Positions 10,561 to 19,499 of a stretch of 64,000 nucleotides of DNA are shown piece after piece. The notes below the pieces were generated by a model. That model ran no database searches. It was not told the origin of the DNA and saw nothing but the letters and a program-made list of their open reading frames with translations. The position numbers and the translations under genes are program-made. The DNA comes from Deltaproteobacteria bacterium (GTDB taxonomy: Bacteria > Desulfobacterota > B13-G15 > RBG-16-54-18): NCBI GenBank assembly GCA_016927065.1, contig JAFGNJ010000007.1:51944-115943 (forward strand), written 5' to 3'. Position 1 is the first letter of the stretch. Each line of letters starts with the position of its first letter.

Positions 10561-11487
10561 TCAAGCACCTTTCATCTGCTCCAGGCTTGCCAGGTCCTCC
10601 AGATGGAACATCTCTCGGGTCCCATCTATGCGGCGCAGCAGGCCTAACAATACCGTGCCCGGTCCAAGCTCCACAAACCGCTCCACGCCCAGCCCGATCA
10701 TCCGGCGTACCGAATCCTCCCATTTCACCGGGCTGCTTACCTGCCGGACCAAGAGATCGAGCACTCGTTCCTTCGAGGAATTAGGCTCGGCCTCAACGTT
10801 GGTCACCACCGGGACTTTTACCTCATTGATCTCTATCTTCGCCAACTCCTCCCCCAACTTCTGTCCCGCGGATTTCATCAGGGGAGAATGAAAGGGGGCG
10901 CTCACCTGGAGGAGGATGGCCCGCTTCGCCCCCATTTCTTGGGCCACGGTGATCCCACGTTCAATGGCCTTCATGTTACCGGAGATCACAATTTGGCCGG
11001 GCGAATTGAAGTTGGCAGGGGTGAGCACCTCACCCTCTGCTGCCTTCTCACAGAGCTCTTCTATCTGCGAACGCTCCAGACCTAAAACGGCCGCCATGCC
11101 CCCTTCTCCTACCGGGACCGCCTTCTGCATAAATTCCCCGCGCAACCTTACCATCCGAACGGCATCCTGAAAGTTCAAGGCCTCGGCGGCCACCAGGGCG
11201 CTGAACTCACCGAGACTGTGACCGGCGAGGTAGTCGGGCTCCCATCCTATCTCCTGCCGCATGACCCGCAAGGCGGCGATGCTCACCGTCAGGATACAGG
11301 GCTGGGTATTTGCCGTCAGCCGTAGTTCCTCCTCCGGGCCGTTGAAGCAGAGGCCTTGGAGATCAAATCCGAGGGCGTCGTTGGCTTCCGCGAAGATCTC
11401 TCGGGCGACGGGGAAATGCTCGGCAAGCTCCTTTCCCATCCCCACATATTGAGAACCCTGCCCTGAAAAGATAAAGGCCGTCTTCAC
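10561..11487 (-). CDS. fabD: malonyl-CoA:ACP transacylase
   Basis: FIFSGQGSQ...GHSLGEFSALV...signature, 308 aa. Confidence 0.92.
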   Translation of the reverse strand: MKTAFIFSGQGSQYVGMGKELAEHFPVAREIFAEANDALGFDLQGLCFNGPEEELRLTANTQPCILTVSIAALRVMRQEIGWEPDYLAGHSLGEFSALVAAEALNFQDAVRMVRLRGEFMQKAVPVGEGGMAAVLGLERSQIEELCEKAAEGEVLTPANFNSPGQIVISGNMKAIERGITVAQEMGAKRAILLQVSAPFHSPLMKSAGQKLGEELAKIEINEVKVPVVTNVEAEPNSSKERVLDLLVRQVSSPVKWEDSVRRMIGLGVERFVELGPGTVLLGLLRRIDGTREMFHLEDLASLEQMKGA

Positions 11488-11489
11488 TA

Positions 11490-12653
11490 TCAGCTTCTCC
11501 CGCTGGCAAAATCCTTGATAAGCTCCAGGGCAATGTTGTTGCGTTGGATCTGACTGGTCCCTTCGTAGATCTGTAGGATCTTGGCGTCTCTCATCATCTT
11601 CTCAACCGGAAAATCTCTCATATAGCCATAACCCCCGAGGACCTGCACGGCATCGACGGTCACCTTCATAGCCATCTCACTGGGGAAAAGTTTGGCCATA
11701 GCCGACTCCTTACTAAACCGTTTGGGATTGCTGTCGATGTGCCGGCCCACGGCGTAGACGAGAGCGCGAGCTGCCTCGATAGCGGCGGCCATATCGGCCA
11801 GGATGTGTTGGATGGCCTGAATGGAGATAATCCGCTGCCCAAACTGAACCCGTTCCCGAGCATATCGAGCCGCCGTCTCAAAGGCCCCTTGGGCAAGCCC
11901 CACCGCCTGAGAACCGATCCCCGGACGGGACATATCAAAGGTCTTCAGGATGATAATAAGGCCGACACCCTCTCGATTTCCGATAAGGTTTTCTTTAGGT
12001 ATCCAGCAATCCTCAAATACCAACTCCCTGGTAGCTGAGGCCCTAATCCCCAATTTCTGTTCCTTCTTGCCGAAAGAGAACCCCTTGGTCCCTTTCTCGA
12101 CGATAAAACCGCTGATTCCACGCGGTCCCCGTTTCTTATCCGTAACGGCAAAAACAGAATAGATCTCCGCCTCTCCACCGTTGGTTATCCATTGTTTGGT
12201 CCCATTGAGGACATATCCGTCCCCATCTTTTGTCGCCGTGGTCTGTATGGCGGCCACGTCGCTACCCGCATTTGCCTCGGTGGCACCGAAGGCGGCTAGT
12301 CTCTTGCCGCTGGCGATCTCGGGAAGATACTTTTTCTTCTGCTCCTCGGTGCCGTAGAGTAAAATAGGATAAGCCCCTAATCCGCTTCCGGCAAAACTGA
12401 CCGATACACCGATGCAGGCCCTACTCAGCTCCTCCACCACCAAACAGTTTTCAAGCACCCCTCCTCCGAAACCACCATATGCCTCAGGTATAAAGACCCC
12501 AAAGAGTCCCGTTTCTGCACATGTATGCATGATCTCCCAAGGAAACTCCTCCCGTTCATCCAACTCTGCCCTAAGCGGCATCACTTTTTCTTCGGCTATC
12601 TTCCGGGCGAGATCCTTGAGCATCCGTTGTTCTTCTGTTAAAAAATACTCCAC
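11490..12653 (-). CDS. acyl-CoA dehydrogenase family protein (short/medium-chain type)
   Basis: TEANAGSD, QWITNGG and a C-terminal IYEGTSQIQRNNIA (catalytic Glu context) are typical ACAD motifs, 387 aa. It sits where fabH normally lies. Confidence 0.88.
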   Translation of the reverse strand: MEYFLTEEQRMLKDLARKIAEEKVMPLRAELDEREEFPWEIMHTCAETGLFGVFIPEAYGGFGGGVLENCLVVEELSRACIGVSVSFAGSGLGAYPILLYGTEEQKKKYLPEIASGKRLAAFGATEANAGSDVAAIQTTATKDGDGYVLNGTKQWITNGGEAEIYSVFAVTDKKRGPRGISGFIVEKGTKGFSFGKKEQKLGIRASATRELVFEDCWIPKENLIGNREGVGLIIILKTFDMSRPGIGSQAVGLAQGAFETAARYARERVQFGQRIISIQAIQHILADMAAAIEAARALVYAVGRHIDSNPKRFSKESAMAKLFPSEMAMKVTVDAVQVLGGYGYMRDFPVEKMMRDAKILQIYEGTSQIQRNNIALELIKDFASGRS

Positions 12654-12707
12654 GTATGTACCCCCTTCAATAATATTTCACTACATCACTTTTTCTTTGA
12701 AGTGAGA

Positions 12708-13742
12708 CTAAACAACAGTATCGTTATCCCCGCCAAACCGCTTCAGGTCTTGACTCTCGCGCAGGGCATCGGTCAAAAGACGGTTGATATCACCGCGCAC
12801 ATATCCACAGGCGGCCCGGATGGCGTTTTTGATGGCCTTCGAGGAGGAGTGCCCATGGCAGATAAAACAGGTCCCGTTGATACCCAAGAGCGGAACCCCG
12901 CCATACTCGGAGTAATCGATCCGGCGCTTAATATTGTCCTGCACCTGTCTCATAAAGATATATCCAATCCTGGCCCACAGGCTTTTGCGGGTCGCTGCCC
13001 GTAACATGGCGGTCATGGACTCTGCGATCCCCTCACTGCTCTTCAACGCCACATTGCCCACAAAACCGTCGCACACGATGACATCGACGATGCCGCTGGA
13101 GATATCCCTCCCCTCGACATTGCCGATGTAGTTCAGTCCGCTCTCCTTCAAGATGGCGTGGACCCGCTTGGTGAGCTCGTTCCCTTTGCCGTCTTCCCTG
13201 CCGTTGCTCAAGAGGCCTACCTGCGGACGGTCCTTGCCCAAGACAAATCGGGCGTAAATCTCACCCATAACGGCAAACTGCACCAGATGAATGGGTTTAC
13301 AGTCCACATTGCCACCGGCATCTATAATAATCGAAGTCCCGGTGAGGGTGGGGTGAACGCTGGCCAATGCCGGCCGTTCCACACCCTCTAATTTCTTCAT
13401 TTTCCACATACTGACGGCCATGGCCGCCCCGGAATTACCGGCCGTCACCACCGCTTCACACGTTCCGTCTTTCATGAGATCCAATGCAACGCTGATTGAG
13501 GTATCCTGCTTGGCCCGGAGGACCTTGGCCGGCGACTCATGCATCTGTACTGCTTCCGCCGTATGGACGATGGTCACGTTCGACCTCGACCAGTGGTGTT
13601 TGACCAATTCCCTTTCTATCAACGGCTGGGAACCGACGAGGATTACTTCATCTTGGCTTAATTCCTTGGCCGCCAGCACCGCCCCTTTTACAATGGCCTC
13701 GGGGGCATGATCACCGCCCATGGCATCAACTGCAACTTTCAT
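12708..13742 (-). CDS. plsX: phosphate acyltransferase PlsX
   Basis: MKVAVDAMGGDHAP N-terminus at ATG 13742. The ORF-track start at 13760 is a TTG six codons upstream. Confidence 0.92.
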   Translation of the reverse strand: MKVAVDAMGGDHAPEAIVKGAVLAAKELSQDEVILVGSQPLIERELVKHHWSRSNVTIVHTAEAVQMHESPAKVLRAKQDTSISVALDLMKDGTCEAVVTAGNSGAAMAVSMWKMKKLEGVERPALASVHPTLTGTSIIIDAGGNVDCKPIHLVQFAVMGEIYARFVLGKDRPQVGLLSNGREDGKGNELTKRVHAILKESGLNYIGNVEGRDISSGIVDVIVCDGFVGNVALKSSEGIAESMTAMLRAATRKSLWARIGYIFMRQVQDNIKRRIDYSEYGGVPLLGINGTCFICHGHSSSKAIKNAIRAACGYVRGDINRLLTDALRESQDLKRFGGDNDTVV

Positions 13743-13778
13743 TGCTTTATTACCTTTCAATTAACCAAAGAGATCGTA

Positions 13779-13961
13779 TTACCCTTCCTCTACCTCTACA
13801 ACCTCTTTGCCTTTATACGTGCCGCAATGGGGGCAAACACGGTGGGGCATTTTGGGCTCGTGACACTGGGGACAAAGCGACAAATTCACGGATGTCAATC
13901 TGTCATGACTCCTTCTTCTATCCCGCCTCGCCTTGGAAGTCCTTCTTTTCGGAAGAGCCAT
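13779..13961 (-). CDS. rpmF: 50S ribosomal protein L32
   Basis: [19 protein letters not shown]...[18 protein letters not shown], 60 aa. Confidence 0.9.
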   Translation of the reverse strand: MALPKRRTSKARRDRRRSHDRLTSVNLSLCPQCHEPKMPHRVCPHCGTYKGKEVVEVEEG

Positions 13962-13982
13962 TATCTTCTCCTAATATAGTTA

Positions 13983-14513
13983 TTACGGCAAGCTCGATCT
14001 GATCGTTTTTAACACGGCAAACCGGGGGTCAATATGCTGGCGATCACAGCCGCATTCACCAACATTAAGGTCCATCCCACATACACTGCACAACCCCTTG
14101 CACTCATCATGGCAAAGGGGTTTCATAGGAATGTTCAGCCATATCTGTTCCTCTACGATATCTCTGATCTCAATACCTTCCTCCGGTAGAAAGCCTATAT
14201 CTAAATCATCGTGCAAAAGCTCTCTGTCTTCTTCGCAAGAAACATGGTGTTCAAGAATAAAGAATTCCTCGAACTCCGATACAACGGGGAGGATAAAATC
14301 CTTCAGGCACCGAGAGCACTCGAGAGAAACCGCAGTACTGATGCGTCCCGTGGCCTTAATACCCTGAGGGGTACGCTGAAGCAACAGGGCTCCCTTCACC
14401 GCCGGGGCCACGCTTAAACCGTGCTCCTCTTGCTCATAGGGACCATCAGGGTACAGTTGATCCATAAATATCTCCCTCCCTTCGGGAGGGATGGCATCCC
14501 ATCTAACTTTCAT
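13983..14513 (-). CDS. yceD: YceD/DUF177 family protein
   Basis: Conserved position upstream of rpmF-plsX. C-terminal CxxxC...CxxC...C cluster (CHDECKGLCSVCGMDLNVGECGC). Confidence 0.85.
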   Translation of the reverse strand: MKVRWDAIPPEGREIFMDQLYPDGPYEQEEHGLSVAPAVKGALLLQRTPQGIKATGRISTAVSLECSRCLKDFILPVVSEFEEFFILEHHVSCEEDRELLHDDLDIGFLPEEGIEIRDIVEEQIWLNIPMKPLCHDECKGLCSVCGMDLNVGECGCDRQHIDPRFAVLKTIRSSLP

Positions 14514-14832
14514 CTGATAGGTAAGATCTCCTGTTAGTTAAATCTTCTGTCGGCAAGACTTTGATTGACCACCGAATTTAAAGCAATAAGTATATATATC
14601 TCCCCTTTTTTGTCAAGGCTAAAAAGGGGGTGTTTGTGAAGAAGCTGATCCCCAAAAGCTCTGAATTGCATCAAACGAGGGAGAATTTGACCAGGGCCAC
14701 CTCGAGCACCGATTCGACAACGTATGCGTCGCTCCGTGGTAAGAAAGAACTAGTTCACAACTAAAAATAATACAAGACCCCTCTTGCGTAGATCTAAACA
14801 TTTCTCTACAATGAGAGAAAGGAGAATCTTTG

Positions 14833-16359
14833 ATGGGAGAAAAAATCGTTATCTTCGACACCACCCTACGGGACGGCGAGCAATCACCTGGAGCCGCGAT
14901 GAATGTGGCAGAAAAAGTGAGGATTGCCCAACAGTTGGAAAAAATGGGAGTTGATGTCATCGAGGCGGGTTTCCCCATTTCGTCACAGGGAGATTTTGAG
15001 GCTGTTAAAACGATTGCAGAAGCGATCACCCACTCGGAGGTGGCTGCTCTGGCCAGAGCAAATGCTCAGGATATTGACAGGGCCTGGGAGAGTATCAAAA
15101 CGGCCAAATTCCCCCGACTCCATACCTTTATTTCAACCTCGGATATTCATCTTAAATATCAATTAAGAAAATCGAGGGAGGAAGTAATGCGGATTGCGGC
15201 ACAATCCGTTGCAAGGGCCAAAAAACATACTGACAACGTTGAATTCTCAACCATGGACGCAACCCGCAGTGATTCCAAGTTCCTCGCGGCAGTGATTGAA
15301 ACGGCCATAGAGGCAGGGGCAACGACGATTAATATTCCCGATACCGTAGGTTATGCCATTCCCTCGGAGTTTGGAGAGTTGATCCGGACGCTCCGACAAA
15401 CGGTCAAGGGTATAGAAAAGGTCACCCTGAGCGTCCACTGCCACAATGATCTTGGTCTCGCGGTCGCTAATTCCCTCATCGCTATCCAGAATGGCGTGAG
15501 ACAGGTGGAGGGCACAATCAATGGCATTGGGGAACGGGCGGGAAATACCTCCCTCGAGGAGGTGGTCATGGCCATCCGCACGCGGAAGGATCTTTTTCAC
15601 GTATCTACCCGAATCGTCCCCAAACATATCTTTGCCACCAGTCGTCTCGTCTCAAAGATTACGGGCATGGTGGTCCAGCCTAATAAGGCCATTGTAGGGG
15701 CGAATGCCTTTGCCCATGAATCGGGCATTCATCAGGACGGTGTACTGAAGGACAAGCAGACATATGAAATCATGACCCCTGAATCGGTAGGGATTTCCCA
15801 ATCCTCTCTCGTCCTGGGAAAACTCTCTGGACGACATGCTTTCAAAGAGAGGCTGAAAGAATTAGGTTTTCGGCTTTCAGAAAAAGATGTTGAACTGGCC
15901 TTCACCCGGTTCAAGGAACTGGCAGATAAAAAGCACGAGATCTACGATGAGGATATTGAGTCGATCGTGGCCGAAGAGATCCTCCGCATGCCCGACCGCT
16001 ATAAGCTCGTCTATCTGAACGTCATTTCGGGAAACGTCACCGTCCCCACGGCCACGGTAAAGATGGAGGTGGATGGCGAAATCATACAGGAGGCCGGTTT
16101 CGGAGATGGGCCGGTGGATGCCACCTTCAAGACGATCAAAAAGATTACGCGCACCCGATCAAAACTCCTTCAGTTTGCCGTCAGCGCGATCACCGGCGGC
16201 ACAGAGGCTCAGGGAGAGGTAACAGTAAGGCTGGAGGAAAAAGGCCGGGCCGTGATCGGCCAGGGGGCCGATACGGACGTAATTGTGGCCAGCGCGAAGG
16301 CCTACATTAACGCCTTGAACAAACTGGAGTATCGAAAAAAAGAACTGCGAGGCCTATAG
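14833..16359 (+). CDS. leuA: 2-isopropylmalate synthase
   Basis: [14 protein letters not shown]...[13 protein letters not shown] and a C-terminal LeuA dimerisation/regulatory domain. AAGGAG SD lies 8 nt before ATG 14833. Confidence 0.93.
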   Translation: MGEKIVIFDTTLRDGEQSPGAAMNVAEKVRIAQQLEKMGVDVIEAGFPISSQGDFEAVKTIAEAITHSEVAALARANAQDIDRAWESIKTAKFPRLHTFISTSDIHLKYQLRKSREEVMRIAAQSVARAKKHTDNVEFSTMDATRSDSKFLAAVIETAIEAGATTINIPDTVGYAIPSEFGELIRTLRQTVKGIEKVTLSVHCHNDLGLAVANSLIAIQNGVRQVEGTINGIGERAGNTSLEEVVMAIRTRKDLFHVSTRIVPKHIFATSRLVSKITGMVVQPNKAIVGANAFAHESGIHQDGVLKDKQTYEIMTPESVGISQSSLVLGKLSGRHAFKERLKELGFRLSEKDVELAFTRFKELADKKHEIYDEDIESIVAEEILRMPDRYKLVYLNVISGNVTVPTATVKMEVDGEIIQEAGFGDGPVDATFKTIKKITRTRSKLLQFAVSAITGGTEAQGEVTVRLEEKGRAVIGQGADTDVIVASAKAYINALNKLEYRKKELRGL

Positions 16360-16360
16360 C

Positions 16361-17629
16361 ATGGGGATGACCATAACCGAAAAAATCCTGGCTGCACATG
16401 CTGGTGTAGAGAAGGTCGCTCCCGGCGAGATCATCAATGCCCAAGTGGACGTGGCCCTGGGAAATGACATCACCGCCCCCTTGGCCATCAAGGCCTTCGG
16501 GGAAATGGGAGCGAATAAGGTCTTTGATAAAGACAAGGTAATTCTGGTACCAGACCATTTCACCCCCAACAAGGACATCCAGTCCGCCGAACAATGCCGG
16601 CTGATGCGGGAGTTCGCCCAGGAACAGGACTTAACACACTATCTGGAGGTGGGGCGGATGGGGATCGAACACGCCCTGCTGCCGGAAATGGGGCTCGTGG
16701 GACCGGGGTATCTCGTCATTGGCGCGGACAGCCACACCTGCACCTACGGCGCCCTGGGGGCCTTCGCCACCGGCGTGGGGAGTACCGACCTGGCCGCGGC
16801 CATGGCCGCGGGGGAGATCTGGCTCAGGGTTCCCGAGACGATAAAATTCATATACAGGGGAGATTGCCAGCCGTGGGTCGGAGGAAAAGACCTCATCCTC
16901 TATACTATCGGGGCAATCGGAGTAGACGGAGCCCTCTATCAGGCCATGGAATTCACCGGCGAGGCCATTAGTGCCTTGGAGATGTCCGGTCGGTTTACCA
17001 TGGCCAATATGGCTATCGAGGCCGGCGGGAAAAATGGCATCTTCCCGCCCGATGAGATCACCCTGGAATACATTCGCGGGAGGATCAAAAACGGATATAC
17101 CCTCTATCAAGGCGACGAGGACGCCTCCTATGCGGAGATAAAGGAATTTGACGTTTCTGCCATCGATCCTCAGGTAGCCTGCCCTTCATCTCCCGCCAAT
17201 GTGCAGGGGGTGCGGGAGTTGACTGGGGTAGCAATTGATCAGGCGGTCATCGGCTCATGCACCAACGGAAGACTGGATGATCTCAGGATCGCAGCCCATA
17301 TCCTCAAAGGCAAAAAAGTGGCCCCATACGTCCGCCTCATCGTGATCCCCGCAACGCAGGAGATCTATCTCCAGGCCCTCCGAGAAGGACTCCTGGAAAT
17401 ATTTGTTCAGGCGGGTGGCGCAGTGAGCACCCCTACGTGCGGTCCTTGTCTCGGCGGCCACATGGGGGTCTTGGGAGCGGGGGAAGTGGCCATCGCCACG
17501 ACCAACCGTAACTTCGTGGGCAGGATGGGTCATCCTACAAGCCAGGTCTATCTGGCCAACCCGGCGGTGGCTGCCGCAAGCGCCATCAAGGGGAAAATAG
17601 TTCATCCGGAGGAAGTGGTAGATAAGTAA
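16361..17629 (+). CDS. leuC: 3-isopropylmalate dehydratase large subunit (short, about 420-aa type)
   Basis: [11 protein letters not shown]..., DSHTCTYGA and GSCTNGR aconitase-family Fe-S ligand motifs. It starts 2 nt after the leuA stop. Confidence 0.9.
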   Translation: MGMTITEKILAAHAGVEKVAPGEIINAQVDVALGNDITAPLAIKAFGEMGANKVFDKDKVILVPDHFTPNKDIQSAEQCRLMREFAQEQDLTHYLEVGRMGIEHALLPEMGLVGPGYLVIGADSHTCTYGALGAFATGVGSTDLAAAMAAGEIWLRVPETIKFIYRGDCQPWVGGKDLILYTIGAIGVDGALYQAMEFTGEAISALEMSGRFTMANMAIEAGGKNGIFPPDEITLEYIRGRIKNGYTLYQGDEDASYAEIKEFDVSAIDPQVACPSSPANVQGVRELTGVAIDQAVIGSCTNGRLDDLRIAAHILKGKKVAPYVRLIVIPATQEIYLQALREGLLEIFVQAGGAVSTPTCGPCLGGHMGVLGAGEVAIATTNRNFVGRMGHPTSQVYLANPAVAAASAIKGKIVHPEEVVDK

Positions 17630-17664
17630 ACTGCTATCTCGCAAGCGGGATGGCGCGAGGGGTC

Positions 17665-17736
17665 AAGGGTCCAAGGATTCCAGCAAAAAAATAAAGATCA
17701 ATGCTTTTACGTGAACCCTCGAATCCTTGAACCCTT
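17665..17736. repeat. 16-nt inverted repeat (15/16) flanking a 40-nt A-rich loop downstream of leuC
   Basis: AAGGGTCCAAGGATTC (17665..17680) versus GAATCCTTGAACCCTT (17721..17736). Confidence 0.5.
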
Positions 17737-17797
17737 TACGACCTTAAGTGTGTTTATAAGCGCAGTAAACTGAATCGCAGTTCAAAGACCTAATAAT

Positions 17798-18025
17798 ATG
17801 GACACCATTTCTATTCTCATCAAGATACCACGCCGGGAAATTGCCTACCTAAACTTCATCCTCGAATCGTATGAAGGGGTGGCGGTAGTGAGAACCGTCG
17901 ACCCCCACGAGGGTATTGTCGAAGTGATGGTACCACCCTCTTATCAGGAGGAAATCAAGGACATTCTCAAGGACCTCGGTACTGAGTTCCCGATTCAGGA
18001 ACTCACGGCTGCGGCTAAAAGCTAA
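17798..18025 (+). CDS. DUF4911-like small protein
   Basis: 75 aa. The pattern IxxxREIAYLNFILESYEGVAVVRTVD resembles the DUF4911 family, recognised from memory only. Confidence 0.6.
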   Translation: MDTISILIKIPRREIAYLNFILESYEGVAVVRTVDPHEGIVEVMVPPSYQEEIKDILKDLGTEFPIQELTAAAKS

Positions 18026-19193
18026 TATTCTGAAGGCGCCCTACCGCCTCTTCAAGCCTCCCCTCCGGCACTGTCAAGGCAACACGCACATACCCCTCAC
18101 CCGCCTCACCGAATCCGTTCCCCGGCGTGACGACCACCCCTGCCTGATCAAGCACAAGAGAGGAGAAAGAAACCGAATCATGGCCGGAAGGCACCTTTAT
18201 CCAAAGATAAAAGGTCGCCTTGGGAGAATTCACCTGCAATCCCACTGAGTGGAGGCCTTGTACCATAACATCGCGCCGCCTTTGATAAGTCGCGCACATC
18301 TGCTCTACAACAGATTGATTCCCCTCTAACGCCTCTATACCTGCCCACTGGACGGCCTGAAAGACACCGGAATCAATATTGGTCTTGGCCTTTCCCAACC
18401 CGGCCAGGATTTCTCTATTCCCCACCGCAAAGCCAAGGCGCCACCCGGTCATATTGTAGGTCTTGGAAAGGGAGTGAAATTCCACTCCTACCTCCATAGC
18501 ACCTTCCACCTCCAAAAAGCTGGGAGGTGCATAACCGTCATAGCTGATCTCACTGTAGGCTGCATCGTGACAAACAATGATATGATAGCGTCGGGCGAAA
18601 TCAATCACCTCGGCGAAAAAATCCTCATCCGCAACAGCCGCCGTAGGATTGTTGGGATAATTGATAAAGAGCAGCGTCGCGGACTCAGCTACCTCACGGG
18701 GAACCTGTCTGAAATCGGGCAAAAATCCCCGCTCCTCAACCAGGGGCATAAAAAAGGACTTCCCGCCGGCAAATACCGTCCCCGCATGATAAACTGGATA
18801 TCCAGGACTGGGAACAAGGGAGTACGCACCGGGGTTGATAAAGGCTAACGGAATATGGGCAATCCCCTCTTTGGAACCGATCAGGGCGAGCACCTCACCA
18901 TCTGGATCCAGTGTTACTCCAAACCGCTTCTCATACCATCGACTTGCCGCCTCTCGGAATTCTCGCAGTCCCTCATAACCGGGATAACGGTGATTTTTTG
19001 GATTAAGGACCTCTTCTCTCATACGTTCCAGAATCCGCTGCGGCGTGGGAAGGTCTGGATCTCCCACCCCCAGGTCAATAATATCCACCCCTTTGGTCCT
19101 CAAGGCTGCTTTCCGCCGATCAAGCTCCGCGAAGAGGTAAGGAGGAAGGGAAGTAAGTCTCTGCGCCATCTCAATCGTTCTTCTATCAGCCAT
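18015..19193 (-). CDS. class I/II aminotransferase, LL-diaminopimelate aminotransferase-like
   Basis: LPPYLFAELD...IDLGVGDPDLPTP...SLSKTYNMTGWRLG (PLP-Lys context), 392 aa. The specific substrate is not provable from sequence by eye. Confidence 0.8.
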   Translation of the reverse strand: MADRRTIEMAQRLTSLPPYLFAELDRRKAALRTKGVDIIDLGVGDPDLPTPQRILERMREEVLNPKNHRYPGYEGLREFREAASRWYEKRFGVTLDPDGEVLALIGSKEGIAHIPLAFINPGAYSLVPSPGYPVYHAGTVFAGGKSFFMPLVEERGFLPDFRQVPREVAESATLLFINYPNNPTAAVADEDFFAEVIDFARRYHIIVCHDAAYSEISYDGYAPPSFLEVEGAMEVGVEFHSLSKTYNMTGWRLGFAVGNREILAGLGKAKTNIDSGVFQAVQWAGIEALEGNQSVVEQMCATYQRRRDVMVQGLHSVGLQVNSPKATFYLWIKVPSGHDSVSFSSLVLDQAGVVVTPGNGFGEAGEGYVRVALTVPEGRLEEAVGRLQNISF

Positions 19194-19422
19194 TCTTTCT
19201 CCTTATTAAATAGCTATTAATCAATACTCAAAAGTACACCTGCGAGACAAAAAACAAGGTATATTACCTATCAAATACCCCAAAAGGCAAGGGGGAGTTT
19301 GCTCTCCTAGGTGATCTCTGAACATACCCCCTCTCATAAAACGCATATAAAATTAGGGAGTTGAAACCCGCAAGATATGAAGAAATAGGTCACCATACGG
19401 AGTAATGAAAATGTGACAAATA

Positions 19423-19451
19423 TTGACATCGTTGGTTAAAGGTGATAGTGT
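19423..19451 (+). promoter_or_regulatory. weak candidate sigma70 promoter upstream of pilB
   Basis: TTGACA (19423..19428), a 17-nt spacer, then TAGTGT (19446..19451). The -10 element is poor. Confidence 0.25.
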
Positions 19452-19499
19452 AATAAAGCTTAACGTCATACGTATATCCAGAAGAAAGAGGATACCATC

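Noticed and set aside
14619-15029. A minus-strand 136-aa ORF, and a possible leader peptide (GTG 14635, about 42 codons), upstream of leuA.
   Set aside because: The minus-strand ORF overlaps the leuA start and has no support. The + strand mini-ORF is not Leu-rich and I could find no alternative terminator/antiterminator pairing, so there is no evidence for leucine attenuation.
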